Shown here in pieces: positions 1 through 8,878 of a DNA stretch of 64,000 nt. This DNA is from an uncultured virus (IMG/VR IMGVR_UViG_3300037010_004438) (Duplodnaviria > Heunggongvirae > Uroviricota > Caudoviricetes). Numbering within the stretch: position 1 is the stretch's first letter; the number at the start of each line of letters is the position of its first letter. Both the position numbers and the translations under genes were made by a program. The DNA is taken from IMG/VR virus record IMGVR_UViG_3300037010_004438; one strand, 5' to 3'. The notes beneath the pieces were generated by a model. The model saw only the letters and a list, made by a program, of their open reading frames with translations. It did no database searches and was not told the origin of the DNA.

Positions 1-265
1 AAATCAGCGACTTCCCGCAGGTTTTCCGAAGAGAACTCGCCGACCTCTCCAAACACCTTCATAACCACCTTATGGATCGGCCTGCTAACCTTCTTATCCA
101 TTCCACTCTCTCGCCCAGAAAAAGGACGTGCGTTTTTCTCGGGAAAACGCGCTATCCACTTTTCCATAAAGAGGTTATTAGCGTTATCTCCCCTTGCTCA
201 ACGCTTTATCCGCGCCGATCGGCGCGCGGCACACATCCCACACTCTTGTCAACCCCTATTTCACC

Positions 266-294
266 TTGACGCACGAAAAAAGCCTCTCTAGGTT
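266..294 (+). promoter_or_regulatory. sigma70-like promoter
   Basis: TTGACG-17 nt-TAGGTT, 13 nt upstream of ATG at 308. Confidence 0.5.
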
Positions 295-307
295 GGTCTT
301 TAGAAAG

Positions 308-811
308 ATGGCGAGCAGGAAAACGACTTCCGGGAAGCCGGTCGGAAAGCGGAGGGGTCCCGCTCCCGAGACGCCCATGACCCACCTGCGCAAGCGCCGG
401 ATGGCTGACTGTCCGCGCATCTCGATCGCCATCCCGGCCTCGCTCGCCGAGGCGACGGACAAGCGGCTCAAGTCGCGCGAGGGGGAGACGACCAAGGGCG
501 TCGACGAGATCATGGCCGCGTTCGGTCGCGAGACGTGGAAGGAGTACAACCTCCTTCGCGAGCATCTGGTGGAGTGTTCGCTCCACGAGTGCCGCACGCT
601 CTTCGTGCACAAGGGGTACTTCTCCCGTCAGAAGTACTGTTCTCGTCGGTGCCAAGAGATCGCGAATCGCAGAGCGCGCATCGACGAGCTGCGGCAGTCG
701 GAGCTGATGACGACCTATCTTGCGATGCTCGACAAGAAGATGCGCAAGGACGACGACGCGGACATGGAGACGATGTTTGGACCTTCGATAGGCAAGGACG
801 AGGAGGAGTGA
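308..811 (+). CDS. hypothetical protein with CGNR-like Cys motif (possible DNA-binding protein)
   Basis: ATG after promoter; CxxxxC...YCSRRC motif; stop overlaps next ATG. Confidence 0.6.
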   Translation: MASRKTTSGKPVGKRRGPAPETPMTHLRKRRMADCPRISIAIPASLAEATDKRLKSREGETTKGVDEIMAAFGRETWKEYNLLREHLVECSLHECRTLFVHKGYFSRQKYCSRRCQEIANRRARIDELRQSELMTTYLAMLDKKMRKDDDADMETMFGPSIGKDEEE

Positions 812-1659
812 TGGCGCTGAAAGCATCGCTTGTGGCGACGGACTGGAAGGCCCGGTATCGAGCGCGTTGGGGCAACCGGCCCCCTTTCGCGGGGCCGAAC
901 TGGTTCTACATCTCGGAGTTCGAGGACTCGATTCGCAAGTGCTGTGTGTGTGGCAGCTCTCACTTCTTCGAGCCGAACAGCATCGGTTACTGGTCCGCGG
1001 ACGTCTTCCGCTGCGCGCACTGTGCGAGTCGCGACAAGGCTCCTTCCGCCGATCAGGGCTGCTACATCGGCCGCGCGTTCCTCAAGTACGGCCAGGTCCA
1101 CAACGAGTGGCGAGCGACCTGCATTTGCTGTCGGACGCGCTTTTTCAACGAGGCGCCCCCTCGCCTTCGCAAGCGCACGGACAAGGAACGTTCTCGTGAC
1201 ACGATCGGGGCGCGGTATCGTCACGGCTCTGGTGCGAAGGCGAAAGACTCGTCGCTTCGCGACTTCTGTGATCGTTGCGATGGGTCGATGCGGCCTGCGA
1301 AGTACCCCTCCGAGTTCGGATACGAACTCCCCGAGAGGTGGCCGAAGACTCCTCCGAAGCGCAAGAAGCTCCCGAAGGAAAAGCCGGCAGTCCGCAATCG
1401 CCCGCAGCAGCGAGAGCCCCTTCCTCCCGCTCCCGAGCTGACGGAGGAGCAGAAGCGCCTCCGGAACAAGGTCATGACCCGTCGCGACTATCTGTCGCTG
1501 CTCAAGGAGGTCGACGCCGATCTCGCTGTCAAGCACAAAAAGCAGCGAGAAAGGGCGGAAAAAGAGGCTGCGGAAGCCCTCGCCCCGCCCTCGACTTCCA
1601 AGAAGTCATCCCGCTTCACGCTCCCTGCGTCCGGGCGTCGGCAAAAACGCGCATCATGA
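811..1659 (+). CDS. hypothetical multi-CxxC (zinc-ribbon) protein
   Basis: GGAGGAG RBS; CCVC, CAHC, CICC and CDRC motifs. Confidence 0.6.
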   Translation: MALKASLVATDWKARYRARWGNRPPFAGPNWFYISEFEDSIRKCCVCGSSHFFEPNSIGYWSADVFRCAHCASRDKAPSADQGCYIGRAFLKYGQVHNEWRATCICCRTRFFNEAPPRLRKRTDKERSRDTIGARYRHGSGAKAKDSSLRDFCDRCDGSMRPAKYPSEFGYELPERWPKTPPKRKKLPKEKPAVRNRPQQREPLPPAPELTEEQKRLRNKVMTRRDYLSLLKEVDADLAVKHKKQRERAEKEAAEALAPPSTSKKSSRFTLPASGRRQKRAS

Positions 1660-1715
1660 CGTAGTAGGGGGTGGGGTGGAGATCGAGAAATATCACGTTG
1701 GCGCCGGGCGTCAAT

Positions 1716-1728
1716 CGTTCTTTGAAAA
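1716..1728 (+). promoter_or_regulatory. boxA-like antitermination element
   Basis: CGTTCTTTGAAAA resembles the rrn-leader boxA (GTTCTTTGAAAA type); ~45 nt upstream of the first array repeat. Confidence 0.5.
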
Positions 1729-1771
1729 CCTGGATTCTCTGGAATGGCACGAGCACAGTGAACGATGTCTG

Positions 1772-2097
1772 GAGGTGGCGCGAGGTCTTCACTCTTGCGT
1801 CCGTGGGCTCCCTGTCTTAGAGGCAGCGCCTTGAAGCTCGCGACTGCGCTCACCTCGTGAAAGGCATTGCGACGCCTTGAAGTTCGCTAAATCCGCCATG
1901 AATCCCTAGTAGCGACGCGCGGCTGTGGACGGCGCGGCTATGGACGGCGCGACTCGCAAGTCAGAGCGCTGTAGGCATCGCGCGGCCCTGAACGGCGCGA
2001 CTCGCAAGTCAGAGCGCTGTAGGCATCGCGCGGCCCTGAACGGCGCGACTCGCAAGTCAGAGCGCTGTAGGCATCGCGCGGCCCTGAACGGCGCGAC
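1772..2097 (+). CRISPR. non-canonical CRISPR-like array, part 1 (7 structure-conserved repeats; the last 3 repeats are identical, at 48-nt period)
   Basis: Units at 1772, 1820 (loop deleted), 1861, 1909, 1972, 2020, 2068: 5-bp stem, 8-nt loop, ~GAAN, then 8 nt complementary to the loop; 16-18 nt intervening segments. Confidence 0.6.
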
Positions 2098-2236
2098 GAG
2101 ATCTCGGTGTGCCGCGGCCAGCTCCGCAGCGTCATCGGTGGATGGAGGAGGGCCTGCGCCTCCGCGGCGCGGGGAGCCGCGGCGGGATCGCTTTGCTCTG
2201 CCCTTCGGCGCCGGGTGCGAAGCATGTGCGGATGGC

Positions 2237-2404
2237 GCGGTACATGGTGGCGGGGCGGTGCGGTATGTGGCGGCGCAGACGGCGCGGCACATGGCGACGT
2301 AGATGGTGCGGTATGCGGTGGCGCAGACGGTGCGGTACATGGCGGCGCAGGCGGCGTGGTACATGGCGGCGCAGACAGTGCGGTATATGGCGACGCAGGT
2401 GGCG
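2237..2404 (+). repeat. degenerate 24-bp tandem repeat, ~7 copies
   Basis: consensus GCGGTACATGGCGGCGCAGACGGT; copies differ mostly by transitions. Confidence 0.8.
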
Positions 2405-2564
2405 GAGAGTGGCCGCGCGTGCTTCTCAGCTCCGGGCGCGAAGCGGATGGAGGACGAGGGCGGGAAGGTGCGGGCGGTGGGGCCTTATAAGGCGGCGGCC
2501 AAAGGTCGGTAGCGGCTCGACTTGCGGGAAGTCGGCGCCGGCGCGCCTGGAGGCGGCTTGAGCC

Positions 2565-3550
2565 GCGGACGGGTCCGCAGCTTGAGGTTTGGATGGGGGA
2601 GGTGATGCGGATGATGACGCGGAGTGTGGAGGCGGGCAGCGGCGGAGGCAGCGGCCTGGGAGGCGCTTCGACTCCGGGTGCGGCGGCGATGGAGCGGCTC
2701 AGTGAGGTGATGATGGAGAGGTAGGAGGGTCTTGGCTTCGCGGCCTCCGGAGGACGCCCGCCGCCATGGACGTCCGTCGGGTTCGGGCAGAGACGCGGAC
2801 GGCCCCGTAGCTTGAGGTTTGGATGGGGGAGAGGATGGAGATGGGGATGGTGGAGGCGGGGGCGGGCAGCGGCAACGGCAGCGGCCTCCACGGCACGTCG
2901 ACGCCGGTAGCGCAGTTCGCGTTCGGATCCGTTGCCACTTGAGCGTTGAGGAACGTGGTCGGAGGAAGGATGGCCCTCGGATGTCGGACGCCCATAGGGC
3001 CGCCGGTCGGGCTCGGGCGGAGACGCGGACGGGTCCGTAGCTTGAGGTTTGGATGGGGGAGGCGATGGAGATGATGGTGGGGAAGGCGAGGGCGGGCAGC
3101 GGCGGAGGCAGCAGCCTCCACGGCGCGTCGACGCCGGTAGCGCAGTTCGCGTTCGGATCCGTTGCCGCTTGAGCGTTGAGGAACGTGGTCGGAGGAAGGA
3201 TGGCCCTCGGATGTCGGACGCCCGCAGGGCCGCCGGTTTGGGCGATGTGGAGCCGCGGACGGGTCCGTAGCTTGAGGTTTGGATGGGGGAGAGGATGGTG
3301 GTGGCGGTGGGGAAGGCGAGGGCGGGCAGCGGCAACGGCAGCGGCCTCCACGGCACGTCGACGCCGGCGGCGCAGTTCGTGTTCGGACCCGCTGTCGCTC
3401 GAGCGTCGAGGAACGTGGTCGGAGGAAGGATGGCCCTCGGATGTCGGACGCCCATAGGGCCGCCGGTCGGGTTCGGGCGGAGACGCGGACGGGTCCGCAG
3501 CTTGAGGTTTGGATGGCGGAGATGATGAGGATGGCGGTTGGGAAGGCGGG
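2565..3550 (+). repeat. 230-bp tandem repeat, ~4.3 copies
   Basis: CTTGAGGTTTGGATGG recurs at 2581, 2811, 3041, 3271, 3501 (exact 230-nt period, not a multiple of 3). Confidence 0.9.
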
Positions 3551-3802
3551 GGCGGACAGCGGCCTCGTGCGCTTCTCGGCCCCGGGTGCGAGGTTGGTGG
3601 GGGCGTTGGAGGGGGCGGGGGAGGCGGGGGCGGAGGGTGTTCACACAGGAGCGAACGGGGCTCGGTGGCGGTTCGGGGCGTGGTTCGTAGGGCGGCTCGG
3701 GGCGTGGTTCGGAGCGCGCCTTGACGCGCGGCTCGGGGCGTGGTTTGGCGGGTGTTGGCGTACTGACCTGCGGTTCGGAAGGACGGGTTGATTTGCGGGA
3801 AG

Positions 3803-4621
3803 TCGGCAGCGCGCGGCTGTGAACGGCGCGAGGCGCGACTGCGATCGCAGAGGCGGCGCGGGGCCTTGGACGCCGCGACGCGTTCACGCGCTGGTAGAGG
3901 CGATCTCAGAGGTAGCGCGGGGCCTTGAAGAGACATCGCGTCGTCTTCGTGGCGCGACAGCTGCGAGAAGGAGAGGTTCCGCGCCGCCTTGAAGAGCGCG
4001 GACCGAATTTCAGGTCCAAGAAGGCTACGCGAGGCCTTGAATGCGCGACTTTCCTCGGATTATCGAAGAGCGGCGCGCGGCTCTGAACAGCGAGCAGAGA
4101 GGCGGAGGGCGGTCTCTGATCATCTTGTTCGCAAGAGGACGAATCGAGCTTCGGTCGAAAGCTCGATGTCACAACGTTGCGTCGGTGGCGAACGAGTGGC
4201 AGCGCTCGACGTTCTCGTAAAAAAGGATCGCGCGTCTCAGCATGCGCGAGTCCCAGTTGCAGGAGAGGCTGCGAGCCGTCTTTTGCTGGCTCGCCAAACA
4301 GAAGCAAAGAAGGTTGCGGATTGCCTTGAAACATCCGAGCAAGGAGACCGCGATTGGCGCGTCGCGCGGCGGACAGCGCGAGTAGGTGCCCCGGTTCCAA
4401 GACTGCACCGCGACGCAGTGAAGTTCGCGACGCAGTGAAGTTCGCGACGACGTCCACAGCGGCGAAAGGATCGCGCCCCTGTCGTGGAGCGCGAGGGAGT
4501 CTGGCGAGGTTGAGGACGGACGTCCCGGTGAAGTGGAATGCGAGATGTTCGTGGATGATCGGCGACGCGCCGACCGTACAAGAGCGCGGGGTAGCAGAGT
4601 CGGCGGCGCGCCGCCGCGAAG
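3803..4621 (+). CRISPR. non-canonical CRISPR-like array, part 2 (~14-16 structure-conserved, sequence-divergent repeats)
   Basis: Stem starts at 3803, 3850, 3909, 3973, 4021, 4067, 4099, 4138, 4222, 4265, 4310, 4356, 4402, 4465, 4559, 4600; typical period 44-48 nt; covarying stem and loop:3' pairing; some units degenerate. Confidence 0.6.
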
Positions 4622-4724
4622 GTCCGTCAGCGTAGAATCCGGGCTTTTTTTCATAGCCTTTCGATGTTCTTTCTTGTTGATCTTATTGGCTGTTCTGGTA
4701 GGGTCGGTTTTCTTACGAGGAGGC

Positions 4725-4937
4725 ATGATGGGACAGGAAATCAGCAGGCAGGAGCTTCTTCAGCTCCTCTTCAACGTGAAGCCTGAGATCAAGGGGCGCG
4801 GCCCGATGTCGGACGCGACGAGGCAGCTTCTGTCGGAGGACTTCATCGACGTCGAGATGGACGTGGACGGCGTGCACTGGAATGCGCGCCTCACTTCGAA
4901 GGGGGAGAAGCGGCTCTCCGCGCTTTTGGCGCAATGA
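4725..4937 (+). CDS. small hypothetical protein (winged-helix-like end, LTSKG)
   Basis: GAGGAGG RBS before ATG. Confidence 0.55.
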   Translation: MMGQEISRQELLQLLFNVKPEIKGRGPMSDATRQLLSEDFIDVEMDVDGVHWNARLTSKGEKRLSALLAQ

Positions 4938-5160
4938 CGTTGTTGAGAGGGTCTGGCCTCTGCGCAGCGTGCGGAGAGCGCAGGCCCGCCGCGTTTTTTC
5001 AAGATTCCGGAGGGTGTTCCGACTCCTCTCGGATACGACTTCTCGAAGCCGCTGCCTCCACGGTCTTCGGTGATGGCGGGCGGGAAGGTCTGGTACGTGT
5101 GTTCGACGACGTGTGCCAAGGAGACGCTCCGCAGGCATGGGCTGCCGGGCGGCGGATGAG

Positions 5161-5796
5161 ATGGTCGAAGCGCGCGAGATTGAGAAGATCAAAGCGCTGA
5201 TCGCACGGAGCGCGTCCCCCGCGGAGGAAGAGGCGCGTTCGAGTGCGTATTTGGCCTGCAAGAAGATCCGGGAGTTGGGTCTCACGGTCGCTGAGCCGGG
5301 AGCGACCTTTCTGTCGTCGGCGGGCGCGGACGCGGAGATGCGAACGCTTCGCGTACAGGCGCAGCAGCAGCAGACGCTCATCGACAAGCTGCGCAGAGAC
5401 CTGAAGAATCAGGAGCACCTTGCAGAGTCGTTTCGATCGTCGTGCGCGAACTTGGAAGCGAAGCTGAAAGCGTCTCAGAACGCTGCGGGCGAGCGGACGA
5501 GTGTTCTTGATGGACTTCCCGTCGCGAAGAGAGCGGCAGCGCCCGCGCCAAGGAAGCAAGCTTCCACAGCGCCGAAGACGGCTCCAAAACCTTCTCCGAG
5601 CAAGGGAGGAAAGGCGGGAGCAAAGGGGGCTCCGAAGGGCTTTCAGCGCATGGAGGGGTTCTACGATACGCGCGTGATCTTCGCCAAGTACGAGAGCGTT
5701 TGCCGAGCGTGCGGCTCCTCGATAGACGAGGGAGAGAAGGTGGTCTGGACGCCTGGGGAAGGCGTTCAGTGCATGAACTGCGGCGGGAGGGACTGA
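5161..5796 (+). CDS. hypothetical protein: DUF2786-like N-terminus, coiled coil, C-terminal Zn ribbon
   Basis: IEKIKALIARSAS..EEEARSS; AKYESVCRACG...CMNC. Confidence 0.6.
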   Translation: MVEAREIEKIKALIARSASPAEEEARSSAYLACKKIRELGLTVAEPGATFLSSAGADAEMRTLRVQAQQQQTLIDKLRRDLKNQEHLAESFRSSCANLEAKLKASQNAAGERTSVLDGLPVAKRAAAPAPRKQASTAPKTAPKPSPSKGGKAGAKGAPKGFQRMEGFYDTRVIFAKYESVCRACGSSIDEGEKVVWTPGEGVQCMNCGGRD

Positions 5797-6527
5797 TGGC
5801 CGGAAAGAGACGATACGTCGATGGGCGCATGTTCTCGGATTGCACCATCGCGATGCTGGACGTCGAAACGACGGGTCTTTGCCAGATCGAAGATCGGGTG
5901 ACCGAGGTTGCGCTCACGGCGATGGATCCGTACGGCGAGATCGTGGCAAGCTTCTCGTGGCTCTGTAACCCGGGCAAAGTCCTCGACGAAGAGATCATTC
6001 GCCTCACAGGGATCACGAATGAGATGCTTGTGGACGCTCCGACCTTTGGGCAGATCGCGGCCGGCTTGGCGGACATGATTCCGAAAGGGGCGCTGCCCGC
6101 GGCCTACAATGCGAAGTTCGACCGGATGATGCTGACGGCGGAGTGGATTCGGACCGGCATGCCGGTGCCCGATTTTCTCCAGTTCGACGCGGACTGGGTC
6201 GATCCCATGATCTGGGCTCGCGTCTACGAGCCGTATGCGCGCGGTCCCGGCCGCTACAAGCTCGAAAACGTCGCCAAGCGTCTCGGCGTGCAGGTCGAGA
6301 ACGCGCACCGCGCGCTCGTCGACACGGAGAGCGCCGCGAAAGTGCTGCGTGAGCTGCAGCCGTTCCGAGAGAACCGGAAGATCCCCGTCTTCACGGAAGA
6401 GCCGACCGTCTCGAAGTTCTTCATGCGGCAGCGCATCTTCCAGGCGAAGCAGGAGGCCGACTTCTTCAGCTGGATGATCAAGCAGCCGCCGCTGCCGGAG
6501 GACCCGTTTCTCAAGGGGCAGAGCTAG
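5796..6527 (+). CDS. DEDDh 3'-5' exonuclease (DnaQ/epsilon-like)
   Basis: LDVETTG, AYNAKFD, AHRALVD = ExoI/II/III motifs. Confidence 0.93.
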   Translation: MAGKRRYVDGRMFSDCTIAMLDVETTGLCQIEDRVTEVALTAMDPYGEIVASFSWLCNPGKVLDEEIIRLTGITNEMLVDAPTFGQIAAGLADMIPKGALPAAYNAKFDRMMLTAEWIRTGMPVPDFLQFDADWVDPMIWARVYEPYARGPGRYKLENVAKRLGVQVENAHRALVDTESAAKVLRELQPFRENRKIPVFTEEPTVSKFFMRQRIFQAKQEADFFSWMIKQPPLPEDPFLKGQS

Positions 6528-6799
6528 AACTTCTCTTGTACGGAGACGAAGATTCCTCCCTCGGTCTTTTTGACCGTGAACGAAATGTCTTTGCCGAGGG
6601 GGAGCGCGATGTTCGGAGGGGCTTCCAGCAGTCGCTTCTGCAAGCCAGCAAGGTCGAGCACGGGGTGTCCGCCAGCGGGAGGCTCGCGATGTTCCCCTGC
6701 CAGTTCGGGGATGGTGGCGCTCGCGCGGCCTTGGTTTTCCAGGTATCGCAGGTTCTCAATGAAGGTGTCGAGGCTGTACTCTCGGTCGGCGGCTGCCAT
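6524..6799 (-). CDS. hypothetical protein
   Basis: ORF with ordinary protein composition, convergent with the exonuclease. Confidence 0.5.
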   Translation of the reverse strand: MAAADREYSLDTFIENLRYLENQGRASATIPELAGEHREPPAGGHPVLDLAGLQKRLLEAPPNIALPLGKDISFTVKKTEGGIFVSVQEKF

Positions 6800-6816
6800 G
6801 TGACGATCGTAGCACT

Positions 6817-6845
6817 TTGACGCTCTGATTTGCGGAGCGTACGAT
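6817..6845 (+). promoter_or_regulatory. sigma70-like promoter, possibly giving a leaderless mRNA
   Basis: TTGACG-17 nt-TACGAT; ATG 8 nt downstream. Confidence 0.5.
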
Positions 6846-6852
6846 CGGCTTC

Positions 6853-7371
6853 ATGACGGATTGCGAGATCAGGACCTACCAGAACGTCTCCAAGTACAAG
6901 ATCGACTACCTGCGCTCGCAGTTGGCGGACGGTGGGGCGACGATTACGGGGAACAATCCTTGGAACGTCAACACGCACCGGAGCGCGCCGTTTTCAACGA
7001 CCAATGTCTTGCTTCGAGCATCGTGGAACGAGGGCGAGCAGGTCTTGACCGTGGAGATTACGGACAAGCCCAACATTGCTTCGTGTAATCGGGTTTGGAG
7101 CGAGATCGAGTCCCAGATTCAGACTGTCCTCGCGATGAAGGATCCCGAGGTGACGAGGCCTGCTCCGACGCCGGTGGGCAAGGCTGACGTCATCTACGTT
7201 CTCGACCGTCCGACCCTCAACCGCGCCGTTCTCGCCGCGACCGCGAAGAACGCGGAAGATGGTGAGAGTCAGAAGAAGGCCGTCGTGCTCATGGCGCTTG
7301 CCGTCGCGGGAGGTCTTGGGTACCTGATGTACAAGAAGGCGAAGGGTCGCGACGGTCTCGTGCCGGTTTAG
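6853..7371 (+). CDS. hypothetical protein with C-terminal transmembrane anchor
   Basis: AVVLMALAVAGGLGYLMYKK hydrophobic segment followed by basic residues. Confidence 0.7.
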   Translation: MTDCEIRTYQNVSKYKIDYLRSQLADGGATITGNNPWNVNTHRSAPFSTTNVLLRASWNEGEQVLTVEITDKPNIASCNRVWSEIESQIQTVLAMKDPEVTRPAPTPVGKADVIYVLDRPTLNRAVLAATAKNAEDGESQKKAVVLMALAVAGGLGYLMYKKAKGRDGLVPV

Positions 7372-7919
7372 CGCCTTCGGCCCCTAACCTTCAGGAAGTC
7401 CTCCTTGCGTACGTCGTCGCGATGGTTTTTTCGTCGACGCGAAACGGGGACGGCTGGCTTGCCGAAGGCAATGGCGGCGAGGGCGCGGTAGTTACTGTCG
7501 ATGAGCGTCGCGTAGTAGCTCCCGACGTCGCTCTTCTGCCGCGGCTTCCTCATTCCGTATTGGTAGGTAAGCTCTTCCCGTTTGATCCTCTGCGTTCTCT
7601 CGACAAGGCGCTTGTCGACGACGTAGACGTGCGCGTTGGGGATGGGGAGGGCGGGCTCCTCTTCTTGCTTCAGGTATTGCAGAATGGTGGCGGCGTGCGG
7701 CAGGCGTCAGATGTTTCCGGGCATGAACTGGATGTTGTCCGCGCGGATGAGGACGGCGTAGTCCGTGTCCACCGTCCAGCGCACGTTCCTGACGCGATAG
7801 TTGGGGCGGAGACGCGTCCCGGAGAGGTTGCGGCTGTCTGGAGAGACGTCCTGTAGGCGGCGAACGAGCGCGTCGACGTCCTCGAAGTGCGACTCTATGT
7901 GTCGATGATACTTCGCCGT
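7368..7919 (-). pseudogene. decayed ParB-N-like gene, in frame with the upstream exonuclease stop
   Basis: Frame begins ACG right after TAG 7920-7922; internal TGA at 7707-7709; YYATLIDSNYRALAAIAFG..AVPV resembles the ParB-N LIDGxHR motif. Confidence 0.5.
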
Positions 7920-8783
7920 CTACGCGAACGCAGTTTGTTTCGGGAAGAAGGGTTCGAGCGCCCTGTCGTCGATGGACAAGGATGCGAACATGGCGCGGGC
8001 CGCTCTTCGATTCGGGGCCGGCTGCGTGCATGTGAGCGTATCGGGCGCCATGAGCGTCATGAGGCGCTTGTTTCGTGCCACGACATCTTGGCCTTCGAGG
8101 AGCCTTTTGCGGCGTAGCTTGGTGAGCGCCTTCATGTCGCTTTGATAGAGGCCTTCGACGCTCCCGTACGCGAGAACGATCTTCGCCGCTTGTTTGACCC
8201 CCAAGCCTTGGATGCCGGGGATTTCGTCGGAGACGTCGCCGACAATGGCACGCACGTCGACGATCTGGTTCGGCGGAACTCCGTACTGCTTTTCGACGGA
8301 CTCGGGAGTGAAGACGGACTCTTTCTTACCCTTTTTCGGGGGCGGACAGAGGAGCGTCACGCGCGCGCCGACGGCCGATAGAAGGTCTCGGTCGGTAGAG
8401 ACAATGACGGCTTTTTCTCCGATGGGCCGCTCTTTTGCGAGGTGCGCGAGCACGTCGTCGGCTTCGTCGCCGTATCCAACGCACTGCCGGACGCCGAGCA
8501 GAGGAAGGACCTCTTTCAGAAACTGAACGGAGAACGTATTCGTAAGTTTTCCGCGGCTCGCCTTGTAGTCGGCAAAGATGCTCTTTCGCTTGTCGTTCTT
8601 GCCGTCCCAAACAACGACGACAGGGGCGATGGGATAGCGTTTGCGGAGGCTTCCGATGAGCCTGAGAAAGCCGTAGACCTCTCCTGTCTGCACGTCTTCG
8701 GAGGAGAGCGCGTCGAGACCGGGAGCGCGCGCACACTTGACCGCGATGTTGTGCCCGTCGACGAAAATGGTCTCGTAAGCCAT
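7920..8783 (-). CDS. 5'-3' exonuclease / flap endonuclease (PolA 5'-exo family)
   Basis: FVDGHN, VVWDG, YKASR, EADDV, STDRDL, GDVSDEIPGIQGLGVKQA (H3TH). Confidence 0.95.
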   Translation of the reverse strand: MAYETIFVDGHNIAVKCARAPGLDALSSEDVQTGEVYGFLRLIGSLRKRYPIAPVVVVWDGKNDKRKSIFADYKASRGKLTNTFSVQFLKEVLPLLGVRQCVGYGDEADDVLAHLAKERPIGEKAVIVSTDRDLLSAVGARVTLLCPPPKKGKKESVFTPESVEKQYGVPPNQIVDVRAIVGDVSDEIPGIQGLGVKQAAKIVLAYGSVEGLYQSDMKALTKLRRKRLLEGQDVVARNKRLMTLMAPDTLTCTQPAPNRRAARAMFASLSIDDRALEPFFPKQTAFA

Positions 8784-8878
8784 CGAATCGATGGTACTAC
8801 GCGCCTTGGCATCCGGTAAGTTTTTCTGGCGGATTGGAGCGAGTCCCGGCCCAACGCCGATGGCGCAGCTTGAGGCGG

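Noticed and set aside
1802..1860. 8-12 nt matches of array segments to 38887, 43469 and 47840
   Set aside because: Too short to exceed chance in a 64-kb GC-rich sequence, and partly overlapping repeat-derived bases.
1938..3936. Long Pro/Arg-rich ORFs (649 aa, 483 aa) across the repeat block
   Set aside because: They arise from stop-poor GC-rich repeats; the 230-nt period shifts frame between copies; composition is not protein-like.
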